DNA of 63,631 bases, the filler included. It is 21 parts of 21 records of this genome, joined end to end, with 100 filler letters (N's around TTAATTAATTAA, not from the genome) between each part and the next. Parts side by side here need not be neighbours in the genome. Positions count along the whole stretch, not along the records: positions 23,175 to 25,431 come from SRR16133337_17750; positions 25,532 to 28,186 come from SRR16133337_17932; positions 28,287 to 30,570 come from SRR16133337_18040; positions 30,671 to 33,471 come from SRR16133337_18079; positions 33,572 to 39,082 come from SRR16133337_18131; 16 more parts are not named here. One strand, 5' to 3'. Positions 23,883 through 33,962 of the stretch are shown piece after piece. The stretch's first letter is position 1. Each line of letters opens with the position of its first letter. Below the pieces are notes generated by a model. It was given only the letters and a program-made list of their open reading frames with translations. It was not told the DNA's origin and did not search any database. A program made the position numbers and the translations under genes.

Positions 23883-25259
23883 TTAATCTTGATTTGGTAA
23901 AAAAGTTAGTTTGTTTCTGTTTCCAATACTTGGAATTGCTTTAAATCTGCCTAGTAGATAATCTTTTCTTATTTGTTTGTCAAAACGGATATTATACTGC
24001 TCTAAAGAGTGTATCTTGGTAGCTCCTTCGCTATCTTTTACAGTAAACCAAACTTCATCTTTACGCAAGAGTTTTTGGGTTAACAATGAAGATTCATGAC
24101 TAGCTAAAATCAATTGACTACTTACATTCTGACTTTTTGAGAGAAACAAATCTATTAAATCATATATCAAGTTTGGATGTAGGCTTCTCTCCATCTCATC
24201 TATTATGAATACATTACCACCTTTTAGTAAATCCATTATTAATGGAATGAAGTCAATGATTCTATTTGTTCCATCAGATTCGTCACTTGTATCAAAAAGT
24301 TCTTCTTCTTTATTCCCAATAGCTTTATGTTTAGTCATAAATTTGTGATGCAAAATATCATCTTCTTTTTTTGAGATAAAGTAAGTCGTGTTTTTATTGG
24401 AGAGAATTGCTGCTCGATAATCCTCAGTGTTTTTATCAAGTAAGTCTTCCTTTATTTTATTAAGAATAATTTTGGGGATCTCAATATTATCTACATCAAT
24501 TAATTTTAGGCAAACACCGTCAATACCCGTGTCAAAATATTTTAAGAATTCTTCAAATATTTTTAGAAGATTTTCATCTTCTTTCAATTCGAATTTTATC
24601 CCTGTTCTATATTTATCATCTGGAAATATAATTTTTAGGGAATTTTGAAACCAATCAATAACATTTAATAAATCATCTATATAAGTAACATTTTCTTTAA
24701 CTTTTCTAGCCCTGATTTCTTTAAGAAAAAGTTGATTATTAGGTGTACCTATAGCAATAAAATTCAGAAATTGTTGTTCTTCATCTTTTTTATTTTTGCC
24801 GTATAGGAAGCCTAAATCAAATATATCTTTATTCTTGTTATCTCGTTCGAAGATTTTTTTATCACTTTTTTTGGTAATCTCATATAGCCATTCTTCAAGA
24901 ATTTCTTTTGAATTGAATACAAAGCCATAAGCATAATTTTTCCCCTTATGCTGAATTTCGTATTCAATTCTAGAGCTTTTATTCAAGTATTCTTTATCAA
25001 GTCTAAAATTTTGAAAATCAATTCTTTTATCTGATTTTGTGCCTCTTAAGATTAATCTTTTTCCAAACTCCATGGCTTTAATAAGGTTTGATTTACCAGA
25101 TGCATTTGCACCAAAGACAACGGATGTTTTGAGAGTTGATATTCCCTTTACGGGTTTTGTTTTGTGGTCAGATTTTAAAGTACCTCTTCCTGAAATTAAA
25201 GAAAAAGATTGTCGTTCTTTAAATGACATAAAATTCTCAACTGTGAATCGAATTAGCAT
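23883..25259 (-). CDS. RloA-like AAA/ABC ATPase (AAA_21, AbiEii-like)
   Basis: N-terminal FTVENFMSF, Walker A GANASGKS, signature ESDGT, Walker B and D-loop IIDEMERSLHP, H-loop ASH, and C-terminal YLLGRFKAIP. Confidence 0.9.
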   Translation of the reverse strand: MLIRFTVENFMSFKERQSFSLISGRGTLKSDHKTKPVKGISTLKTSVVFGANASGKSNLIKAMEFGKRLILRGTKSDKRIDFQNFRLDKEYLNKSSRIEYEIQHKGKNYAYGFVFNSKEILEEWLYEITKKSDKKIFERDNKNKDIFDLGFLYGKNKKDEEQQFLNFIAIGTPNNQLFLKEIRARKVKENVTYIDDLLNVIDWFQNSLKIIFPDDKYRTGIKFELKEDENLLKIFEEFLKYFDTGIDGVCLKLIDVDNIEIPKIILNKIKEDLLDKNTEDYRAAILSNKNTTYFISKKEDDILHHKFMTKHKAIGNKEEELFDTSDESDGTNRIIDFIPLIMDLLKGGNVFIIDEMERSLHPNLIYDLIDLFLSKSQNVSSQLILASHESSLLTQKLLRKDEVWFTVKDSEGATKIHSLEQYNIRFDKQIRKDYLLGRFKAIPSIGNRNKLTFLPNQD

Positions 25260-25607
25260 AACTAAAGCTTTTGTATGTGCAAGTATAGTGAAAAAACCAC
25301 ATTTAATGCTTCTTTTGGATTTTTTCTTCCTTTATTGTAACCTCTCCGTCAATTTCAAAACCCAATTTTTCTAACCATCTAGCAATAAAGATAGGCAAGC
25401 TATGGAGAAGCTAGAAAATGGTAAAGTTAATNNNNNNNNNNNNNNNNNNNNNNNNNNNNNNNNNNNNNNNNNNNNTTAATTAATTAANNNNNNNNNNNNN
25501 NNNNNNNNNNNNNNNNNNNNNNNNNNNNNNNATTTTTAGTTAATTAAACTTGTTTTTTATTTATTTTTCAACCCTTAACTCGTGTCCATAACTAAAAATA
25601 ATTCCTT

Positions 25608-27074
25608 ATGAAAAAAAGAAAAATAATATTTGTAATTCTCTTTAGTATACTCTTAAATATTACGGCACAACAAAAAACAGCTTCAATTTACAACTTTGAA
25701 AAAATAGTTTCTTGGACCTCTGCTACACAAGATCAAAAAATACTTTTAGAAACAGCTTTAAAAGAAAGGGCTGATTCCATTTTAAAAATGAAAGATACTC
25801 TTTCTAAAGAACCGATTGATAAAAGATTTCATGAAAAATTTGTGAAAATTTTTTATGAAGATCAACAATCCGAATTTTACAAAGCTCAAATAAGTGAAAC
25901 GGCTATTCAAAAAAAAGTAGATTTCCGATATAACCAATTAATGAATTCCCATCCTTTTTCTCTAGAGTATGGTCTCCTCATAAAAGAAATCTTGTATGCT
26001 TATCATTACAAAAAAGAATTTATCAACCAAAAATATAAGTTTGACAAAGAAAAACGAGAGCAAGAATACAATTTAGTTGAGGAAGAACAAAAAAAATGGG
26101 TCTCAAACCAGGTTCAGTTAATGAGAAAAGCAACCTATTCTTGGAAAAAAGTCCTCTTAAAATGTAATGAATTACAAAATCATGAGCATACCGCTTTTAT
26201 AAATTATCATTTTTATCTTGAATTGAATAAGAAGCATCCTAAAAAAACGATAGAAACTAAAATTTCTGAATTGTCAAAATCTGAAAATTTATTAGAGCTC
26301 GGAAAAAATATTGCCGACTGTAGAGCAACCCTATTTATGTCTTTAGATAAAGACTTAAAAAGCTTAGACTCTATTTCAAAACAGGTGGCACAAAAAATAT
26401 TGTTTACACATTTGGAAAAAAGAATCCACAAAAAATTAAACGCTTTTGAACCCCTAGAAATAAATGTAGATTGGAAGTTAAGAAACTTAGTCGTTGCTGC
26501 TGGAAAAGAGAAACAAAAAGAAATAGATAAAGATAGAAAACTAAAGAAATTTAGAAAAAAAGCTCTTAAGATTGGATTGGATGAAAAAAGAATTCAGGAA
26601 TTGGTTTCACTCATTAACAAAAAAGATTGGGCTCTTGATTCGTTAAAAATAGAGAATACAAAAGATAATTTGATGGATCTTTTTGAAAAGTCTCCAAAAA
26701 AATCTAAAAGCCAAATCATCAAAGAGTTTTCAGAAGAACTTACCCATTTAATTTCTAGGAAAGAATTTGGAAAGCTCTTAGGGGATGAATTGAAACCTCT
26801 TGCAAAAAGGAAGGCAAACAAAGAATTTAAAACGATTAAATCTACACATCAACTTACCGAAGAGCAACAAAAAGAAGTCTTTAAAATAGTGGTCGTTTAT
26901 TATTTGAATGAGGAGATCACAAATGCGTATTACAGTTCTCAAAACAACCTAAAAAAACAAAAATTAGGTGTCTTACGCTATCGATTTGAAAAAAAGTATC
27001 AAAAATTGATGGAAAGTTTTGGAATCAAAATAGAAAGAGTCAAGAATGTAAATAGTAGAACCTTTGAATGGTAA
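25608..27074 (+). CDS. Secreted alpha-helical hypothetical protein
   Basis: 488 aa with an N-terminal signal peptide (MKKRKIIFVILFSILLNITAQ) and Lys/Glu-rich helical composition. No family recognised. Confidence 0.75.
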   Translation: MKKRKIIFVILFSILLNITAQQKTASIYNFEKIVSWTSATQDQKILLETALKERADSILKMKDTLSKEPIDKRFHEKFVKIFYEDQQSEFYKAQISETAIQKKVDFRYNQLMNSHPFSLEYGLLIKEILYAYHYKKEFINQKYKFDKEKREQEYNLVEEEQKKWVSNQVQLMRKATYSWKKVLLKCNELQNHEHTAFINYHFYLELNKKHPKKTIETKISELSKSENLLELGKNIADCRATLFMSLDKDLKSLDSISKQVAQKILFTHLEKRIHKKLNAFEPLEINVDWKLRNLVVAAGKEKQKEIDKDRKLKKFRKKALKIGLDEKRIQELVSLINKKDWALDSLKIENTKDNLMDLFEKSPKKSKSQIIKEFSEELTHLISRKEFGKLLGDELKPLAKRKANKEFKTIKSTHQLTEEQQKEVFKIVVVYYLNEEITNAYYSSQNNLKKQKLGVLRYRFEKKYQKLMESFGIKIERVKNVNSRTFEW

Positions 27075-27218
27075 ACCCTTTGTCATACGGTCTTGCAGTT
27101 TTGTTTTTTAGCCCAATATCTAACCGTAAAACACAAATGCGTCAAAAATCTGAAAGTTGAAAGACCGTAGAGAATAGACTGTAAAACATAGAAAAAAAAC
27201 AGACAAAAAGGATCGTAA

Positions 27219-27947
27219 ATGGAAATGAAAATAATTTTGGGAATAATGGTAGGAAGTGTCTTTTTAGCTTTCTGTCGTCAAGAAATAAAAAACAATGCTA
27301 AAACGATTCAAACAGTTTCCAGAAAAGAAATAGAACAGCCTCAGATAAAAATCGAAAAACTAGAAAGAAAACAAATTAACCAAACCAAGTATCTGAAAAA
27401 CTCTATATTATTGCGTTTTAATGAATTCGAGTTGACAATTGATAGCCTTGAAATATGGGATAGAGAAGAGAAATTAAAGAAAGTGCAACGTGATACTGCT
27501 GTAGTTTACTTAGGATTAGGCGAATCTATTGAAAATCGATTCATAAATATCAATACAATTAAACTGGGCAGTATTAAAATTTATCAAAGATTTGAAAATA
27601 GTGTGTCCATAATGAACGAAGGTTCTCATTGTGACTTGATAGAATGGAAGCATTATTATTCCGAATGGAAGCCTCTAAAAATAGAGAAAGGGCAGTTTGT
27701 AACGGATTCTTATACAAAGGTTGATTCGAAGAAGTTCATTAATATTGATATGAGTGAATTACAAGAAGTTATCAGAAATCAATGTGGTAATCGATGGGCT
27801 GAATATGTTAAAGACATTACTTCTCCAACAAAATATCCTAGTGGAATTGGTATGAGTAGGATTTATTTAAAAATCGAATTCGTAGATTCTAAATCAGATA
27901 AAATAACTCAAAAAATAGTCTCTTTTGAAATACCAATGGGATGTTAA
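27219..27947 (+). CDS. Hypothetical lipoprotein
   Basis: 242 aa with a hydrophobic leader ending in LAFC. Confidence 0.7.
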   Translation: MEMKIILGIMVGSVFLAFCRQEIKNNAKTIQTVSRKEIEQPQIKIEKLERKQINQTKYLKNSILLRFNEFELTIDSLEIWDREEKLKKVQRDTAVVYLGLGESIENRFININTIKLGSIKIYQRFENSVSIMNEGSHCDLIEWKHYYSEWKPLKIEKGQFVTDSYTKVDSKKFINIDMSELQEVIRNQCGNRWAEYVKDITSPTKYPSGIGMSRIYLKIEFVDSKSDKITQKIVSFEIPMGC

Positions 27948-27948
27948 A

Positions 27949-28186
27949 ATGAAAAAAAACATTAAGAAAATATTGATTTGGACTGCTTCGATTATTGGAA
28001 TCGGAATAATCAGTTACCTAGGTTTTATAGGATATGTGCTTTATTCATTTATCAGCGGATGTGGAATGAATGACGGACCTTTTAAGGCTGTAAGGATTGA
28101 CCCTGTTGTAATTTCCGACTCTGCTCAAGTTTTTGACTTATCAGACAAAGGACAATTAATATTAGAAAACAGAAACGACACACTTT
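27949..28186 (+). CDS. Hypothetical membrane-anchored protein, 3' truncated
   Basis: MKKNIKKILIWTASIIGIGII... starts immediately after the preceding stop codon. Confidence 0.6.
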
Positions 28187-28286
28187 NNNNNNNNNNNNNN
28201 NNNNNNNNNNNNNNNNNNNNNNNNNNNNNNTTAATTAATTAANNNNNNNNNNNNNNNNNNNNNNNNNNNNNNNNNNNNNNNNNNNN

Positions 28287-28355
28287 CGGTCAACTCTATT
28301 CAGGGATGTACAAAGAGGACTCTAAAAATTCAGATTTCTAAGTGGACGGAGTATA
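28287..28355 (-). repeat. Long form of the TA-ended element (probable MITE or IS end), cut by contig start
   Basis: Reverse complement reads TATACTCCGTCCACTTAGAAATCTGAATTTTTAGAGTCCTCTTTGTACATCCCTGAATAG. The GAATTTTTAGA extension is shared with the copies at 30536 and about 44649. Confidence 0.8.
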
Positions 28356-28362
28356 AATAAAG

Positions 28363-29259
28363 TTACTCGATAAATAACCAAGCATCTTTTGCTACTTTCA
28401 CTCTGATTTCTTTTAAATTTTTAACCGCCTCTTCACGGGTAGTATAACTTTCAAAGGCAACTTGTGTCAATCCCCATTTGTTTAAACCTATGATTTCAGC
28501 GGTAAAACCTTTTTTATTCAGTTGTTTCACTTTTTTGAAAGCATTTGCTTTTTCTCTAAAAGCTCCTACAATTAAATGGTATTTTTTGGGAAGGGTTTTG
28601 ACAACATCTAGCGTAATTTCAGGAAGTGGATTGCTAATGAAAAAGGTAGCTTTTTGTATTTTTTTAGTGACCGTTTCTTGGTACTCCGTTTCCAGTGCTT
28701 TAATTTGTTTTTGTTGTGCAGATCTCCAACCCATAGTTCCAAGGGTTACTAAGACAGCTACTGTGGCCACATACTTTAAATAATTGGGCGACTTTCTTTT
28801 TTCTGAAGTTTCTAGTTGGATTGTTTTTTGTTTGTAGTCTATACGTTTTATTGCTGGAGAGTTGAAAGTATGCAAACCAAAAGAGCGAGTCAGATAATTG
28901 GTTGTTTCTAAAGGATCAAAAATTATTTTATATTCCTTATTAAGAGAAAGAGATCCTATTTTATCTATAACAACGTTTTTACTTTGTAATTGGTGCTTCC
29001 AAGAACTTACAGCCGTTGCAATTTTATTTACCGCTTGTTCAAAAGAAATGTTTTCAATATCAGAAATATAGTTCGCTAATAAGCCATCATTATTTTTTAA
29101 CTGACTGTTGAAGGTCAATTTTTTTGTTGGTGGATAAAAGGTATTTGTAAGGTGATTTACTTTTGACGAAACCGTATTTGTTACAAACCCCCCAAAATCT
29201 GGAACAACAACACATTCGTATCGGAACAATAAATCATGGATGTAATTAGGTAACTGCAT
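28363..29259 (-). CDS. SPOR domain protein with N-terminal HU/CCDC81-like domain
   Basis: N-terminal LLFRYECVVVPDFGGF and NDGLLANYI, one TM segment, and C-terminal SPOR motif YHLIVGAFREKANA. Confidence 0.85.
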   Translation of the reverse strand: MQLPNYIHDLLFRYECVVVPDFGGFVTNTVSSKVNHLTNTFYPPTKKLTFNSQLKNNDGLLANYISDIENISFEQAVNKIATAVSSWKHQLQSKNVVIDKIGSLSLNKEYKIIFDPLETTNYLTRSFGLHTFNSPAIKRIDYKQKTIQLETSEKRKSPNYLKYVATVAVLVTLGTMGWRSAQQKQIKALETEYQETVTKKIQKATFFISNPLPEITLDVVKTLPKKYHLIVGAFREKANAFKKVKQLNKKGFTAEIIGLNKWGLTQVAFESYTTREEAVKNLKEIRVKVAKDAWLFIE

Positions 29260-29295
29260 AAAGACAAATATAACTAAATTCTAGTTTCTACCTGT

Positions 29296-29329
29296 AAAAA
29301 TATTCCGTTTTCTAACTGGGCGGAGTATA
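29296..29329. repeat. Palindromic element, right arm between the divergent SPOR gene and dprA
   Basis: TTTTCTAACTGGGCGGAGTATA. Confidence 0.85.
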
Positions 29330-29370
29330 TCAACAAATATTTTGTAACTTGGATCACAAATTGTTATAAA

Positions 29371-30486
29371 ATGAAAGAGGAAGAACTGTTATATGCTTTG
29401 GCTTTGCAAAAAGCCAAAAGTATTGGGGATGCAAGTCTGAAAAAATTAATTGAAGTCTGTGGAGGTCCTAAAGAGGTACTAAAAGAAAAACAACAGACCC
29501 TAAAAAAAATCAACGGAATTGGAAATTTTAAATTAAAATACCTGTTTGAAAAATCAAATTTAATTGCCGCTGAAAAAGAAGTAAAGTTAATAAATCAACA
29601 TAGAATTCAACCCCTTTATTTCTTAGAAGAAGCCTATCCAAAAAAATTAAAAAATTGCGTAGATGGGCCTCTTTTACTATTCCAAGATGGGCGTTTCGAT
29701 TTTAACAACCTAAAAATCATCAGTATTGTAGGAACACGTCAAATGACGAATTATGGACGTGATGTTTGCGAGAAATTAATTGAAGATTTAAAAGTATACA
29801 ATCCTATAATTACAAGCGGATTTGCATATGGGGTTGATATTTGTGCACATAAATCAGCCCTACAAAACAATTTGCAAACTGTTGGCGTTTTTGCACATGG
29901 TTTTGGAGAGGTATATCCAAAAGTTCATAAGAAATACATGTCTCAAATCTATGAAAACGGTGGCTTTTTAACGGAGTTTTGGTATGAAGAATTACCCTTA
30001 AGGGAGAATTTTTTAAAAAGAAACCGGATTATTGCTGGAATTTCGGAAGCAACCATTGTTATAGAGTCCGCAATTAGAGGAGGGGCAATGGTTACAGCAG
30101 ATATTGCTAATTCTTATTCAAGAGAAGTGTTTGCACTGCCTGGAAGAACAACAGATACATATAGTAAAGGTTGCAATGCTTTGATTCGTGATAACAAAGC
30201 AGCATTGATAACTTCTGCAGATGATTTGGTAGATATGTTAGGCTGGAAACAAAAAAAATCACGGTCTAAAGTAATACAACCTCAATTATTTGTTGACTTG
30301 AATTCAGAAGAGCAAAAAATCTACGATTATTTAAAAGTAAAAAGAAAGGAGCTGTTGGATGTCATTTCTTTGGAGTGTGAAATACCCGTGTATAAAATAG
30401 CAACTCTTTTGTTTCAATTAGAGATGAAAGGATTGGTGCATCCTTTACCTGGGAAATTGTTTGAAGTTCTTGGAGATTGTTGTTAA
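29371..30486 (+). CDS. dprA: DNA-processing protein DprA
   Basis: Motifs IVGTR, SGFAYGVDICAH, FLKRNRIIAG and REVFALPG, with a C-terminal winged helix. Confidence 0.95.
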   Translation: MKEEELLYALALQKAKSIGDASLKKLIEVCGGPKEVLKEKQQTLKKINGIGNFKLKYLFEKSNLIAAEKEVKLINQHRIQPLYFLEEAYPKKLKNCVDGPLLLFQDGRFDFNNLKIISIVGTRQMTNYGRDVCEKLIEDLKVYNPIITSGFAYGVDICAHKSALQNNLQTVGVFAHGFGEVYPKVHKKYMSQIYENGGFLTEFWYEELPLRENFLKRNRIIAGISEATIVIESAIRGGAMVTADIANSYSREVFALPGRTTDTYSKGCNALIRDNKAALITSADDLVDMLGWKQKKSRSKVIQPQLFVDLNSEEQKIYDYLKVKRKELLDVISLECEIPVYKIATLLFQLEMKGLVHPLPGKLFEVLGDCC

Positions 30487-30535
30487 AAAGAAGCAAATCT
30501 ACAACCTTTGGCTTTTGGTTGTAAGCAGTAGGCTT

Positions 30536-30570
30536 TATATTCCGCCCAGTTAGAAACCCGAATTTTTAGA
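30536..30570 (+). repeat. TA-ended element, left end of the long form, at contig end
   Basis: TATATTCCGCCCAGTTAGAAACCCGAATTTTTAGA. Confidence 0.88.
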
Positions 30571-30670
30571 NNNNNNNNNNNNNNNNNNNNNNNNNNNNNN
30601 NNNNNNNNNNNNNNTTAATTAATTAANNNNNNNNNNNNNNNNNNNNNNNNNNNNNNNNNNNNNNNNNNNN

Positions 30671-33471
30671 ACAGTGAGCATGTTAAAAATTATATTTTAT
30701 CTCGTCCGCGACAAGGTGAGATGGCTCGTCAGGTACCGGTTGGCTTTTATTTTCCAGGGCTCATAGGCGCATTTCAACCACTTTTGGATAAGTTTCCTTG
30801 TTTCACCCAGAAACTGCCTTTAGATGTTCCTAACGAACTTGGTATTAATTGTAATTTTACCGGTCAGCGTGGAAAGTTGGCAAATTTTTTTGTACGTTCA
30901 ATTATTCCAGTTTTGTTTGAGGACACTAAAGCGGAATCCAAGGCTTCAGTATTTATTTGGGATCAATATACTGATGTTGAAAATTTACTTAAGTCCAAGG
31001 GTGTTGACAGTGAAATTATGGAGGAATTCGAGACCTTGGGCGGTTTGTTGCGTGTTCGCGATAATGTTTGTTTGAACCATCAATTGCGCCTTGTGGAAAT
31101 TAATAAAAATATCGTGGCAAACAATACCGCTCTAGGTTCTAAAAGGCTCCGTGACAACTGGCGTTTTAGTGCTCAAGTAGCCCAGCCGATGTTTTCTGAA
31201 GAAGAAGAGGCGAAACTCCGTTCCTCTATTCAACATGATCAGTTAGTCGGCGCAAAGAGACATTCTTCTTCTTCTTCTTCTGGTCGTCATTATGGAGCTC
31301 GTTACAAGAAGAAACAGAAGTTTCCGAAGAAAAAAGGAAAATTTTTGGCGAAGAAAAAGTTCCATAGAGGTGCGTTATCATATGTTGAAAGTGAAATTGG
31401 GTTTCCTTTTCCTGTCCAGATTTTCAAACTATTACCAATTGAATTGAGAAAACTTGCATCACGTACGATTCCAGACACTTTTTTCACAAAATACGAAATT
31501 TCGCGTGAATATTTTATTTCACAGGAGGGTTTGAATTTTTTGTTGAAAAATAATATTCGATTATATGTTGACTTTCAGCCATCACAACCACAAGAAAGTT
31601 ACCCTCACCTGCTGGCACCATGGGCAAGTTCTTTTCCACAGTTCGCCACAGTTTCTTCGTTGGTAAAAGGTATGGTCACTGAGGGTTTTCGCATTTTTCC
31701 GTGGTTTAAAGGGGAAATTCCAAGTCAAACGCGTGAAGAGCGTGAACGCATCTTTATGATTCAACAAAAAACTTTCAAAAAGTGTCCGGAGTTACGCGAG
31801 GTTTTGTTTTCATGGGTAAAATCTGGAGAGTTGGAGCCCTTTACTGGAGATATTAATTATGCATTTTTTCATCACGTGTTTCCTGTTACAAAGAAAAATG
31901 GGTCAATTCGACCTGTTTCAAATTTGAAGCAATTAAATCGATATGTGCGTAGCCCAAAATTCAAAATGACTGGACCAAATTTTATTGCAACATCAATGTC
32001 AAAAGACTGTCTTTTTACGGGTGAAGATTTATCTTCCGCATATCATCACATAATGATACACCCCAGCAGTCGAAAATTTTTTTGTATGTGGTTGGATAGG
32101 AAACCGTATGTTTTCCCGGTTTTGCAATACGGGTTTGCGCCAGCTGCGTATTTATACACGCAATTGGAACGTGCAGTTTCTACTGAGATTCGCCTTTTGG
32201 GAATTAATAGGGTGGTTTACTTGGATGATGGTACAACTATCACGCCAGTTTGCAAAAATCATTTTATTACCGCAAGTCAAAATCAATTTGTGGTAAATCT
32301 CATTTGGAGTGCACTAGGTTTCCGACGGAACATTACAAAGTCAAGTGTTATTCCGAGTACCAGACATGAAACTTTGGGCTACATTTTTGATTCAAAAAAT
32401 ATGGTAATTGCTATTTCCGAGGACAAAATTGACAATATTATTGACACGTGTCATGCTCTTTTACAGGAGCAATCCAGTAAAGGGTTCGTAACTTTGAGAT
32501 CTGTTTGCCGCGTTTACGGCCTTTTTTGTGCAAACAGATTTGCTATTAAAAATATGCGTTTTCACTCAGTTGAAACAGATCTTTTTCGAAGAAAACATTT
32601 GAGTGAAGTCCCTGTCGATTATGAAAAGAAAGTAGCTATAACCGAGTCAGTGAGAGCGGAATGGCTCAACTGGCAAAAACATTTGAAGGTTTGGAATTTT
32701 AAACCTGTTTTGAATCCTGAAGCGAATTTTTCAATTCATGTGGATGCTTCTGGTGGTTTTGGTTGGGGATATCATGTGGTCAAACAAACCAATGATTTAA
32801 AATATGGTTGGTCTCAGGGGCGTTGGACAAAAAATCAACAAACCAAGCATAACAATGAGTTGGAGTGCCTGGCAGCAGAATTTTCCATAGTTTCATTTGT
32901 CAAAGCAAATGCTTTACATGACTGCTGTATTGCAGTGGGAATTGATAACACCACTGCTTTGAGCTATTTTCAAAAACAGGCAGGGCGACATCATCATTTA
33001 TTGAAACCCGTATTACGGGTTTTCAATTTTGTCGCAGAAAAGGGAATTAATTTACAGTTCTTTTTCGTTCCAACTCTAGAAAATATGGCTGATACGCCTT
33101 CGAGAGTGTTTATTGATAAGTCCGACTGGAAATTGTGCACTGACCAGTTTGAAAGAATTTGTCAGGTATTTGGGACACCAGATGTAGACGGTTTTGCATC
33201 TCAAGCGAATTCACAATTAAAGAGTTTCGTATCCTATTTTCCACAGCCGGAGGCACTTTACGTCGATTTTTTTCGTCGTGATCAGTTGTGGAGCTCGTTT
33301 AGGGTAATTTATGCAAACCCTCCTTTTGCTGTACTGGATAAAATAGCACAACGTTTGACCTGGGATTCCCCAGATTTGTTTCTTTTGGTGTGCCCGTTTT
33401 GGCCTTCTCACCCTGCTTTAACAAATTTGTTGCGTTTTTTTGTGGATTGGCCCCTGTTACTTCCACGCACA
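30671..33471 (+). mobile_element. DIRS1-like retrotransposon polyprotein (gag-like, RT, RNase H, adenine methyltransferase), open at both contig ends
   Basis: RT motifs FPVTKKNGSIRPVSNLKQLN, DLSSAYHHI and YLDD. DIRS RNase H motifs VDASGGFGWG, HNNELE, DNTTA and NMADTPSR. MT motifs DGFASQANSQL and YANPPF. Confidence 0.9.
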
Positions 33472-33572
33472 NNNNNNNNNNNNNNNNNNNNNNNNNNNNN
33501 NNNNNNNNNNNNNNNTTAATTAATTAANNNNNNNNNNNNNNNNNNNNNNNNNNNNNNNNNNNNNNNNNNNNG

Positions 33573-33962
33573 ATAACCCGTTCTGAGAATTTTTCAGAAG
33601 AATCTAAACGAAGAATTGTAGGAGGAAATCAAGTATTGTCACAAGGGTTTTCAGATGAAATTTATTTAAAAGCATTGGCTTTAAGAGATCAGATTTCTGC
33701 AAATTTTGAGGCCGATTTTAAAGAGGTAGCTATCATCTTATCACCCGTAACTCCTAATACCCCCCCCAAAATAGGAACTAGTTTAAAAGATCCTCATGCC
33801 ATGTATTTGTCAGATGCCTATACCGTTGGATTTAGTTTGGGACAACTGCCAACTTTAACGGTACCTCAAGGTACTGCCACAGGTATTCAAATTACGGCCG
33901 CAAAAAATAAAGAACAAACCCTATTGACGTTTGCCAACTTTTTAAAAGAAACGATCTCATGA
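33573..33962 (+). CDS. gatA: Asp/Glu-tRNA amidotransferase subunit A, C-terminal part (5' truncated)
   Basis: TRSENFSEESKRRIVGG...SPVTP...MYLSDAYTV matches the GatA C-terminus. It overlaps the start of the gatB fusion (ATGA). Confidence 0.85.
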   Translation: MTRSENFSEESKRRIVGGNQVLSQGFSDEIYLKALALRDQISANFEADFKEVAIILSPVTPNTPPKIGTSLKDPHAMYLSDAYTVGFSLGQLPTLTVPQGTATGIQITAAKNKEQTLLTFANFLKETIS

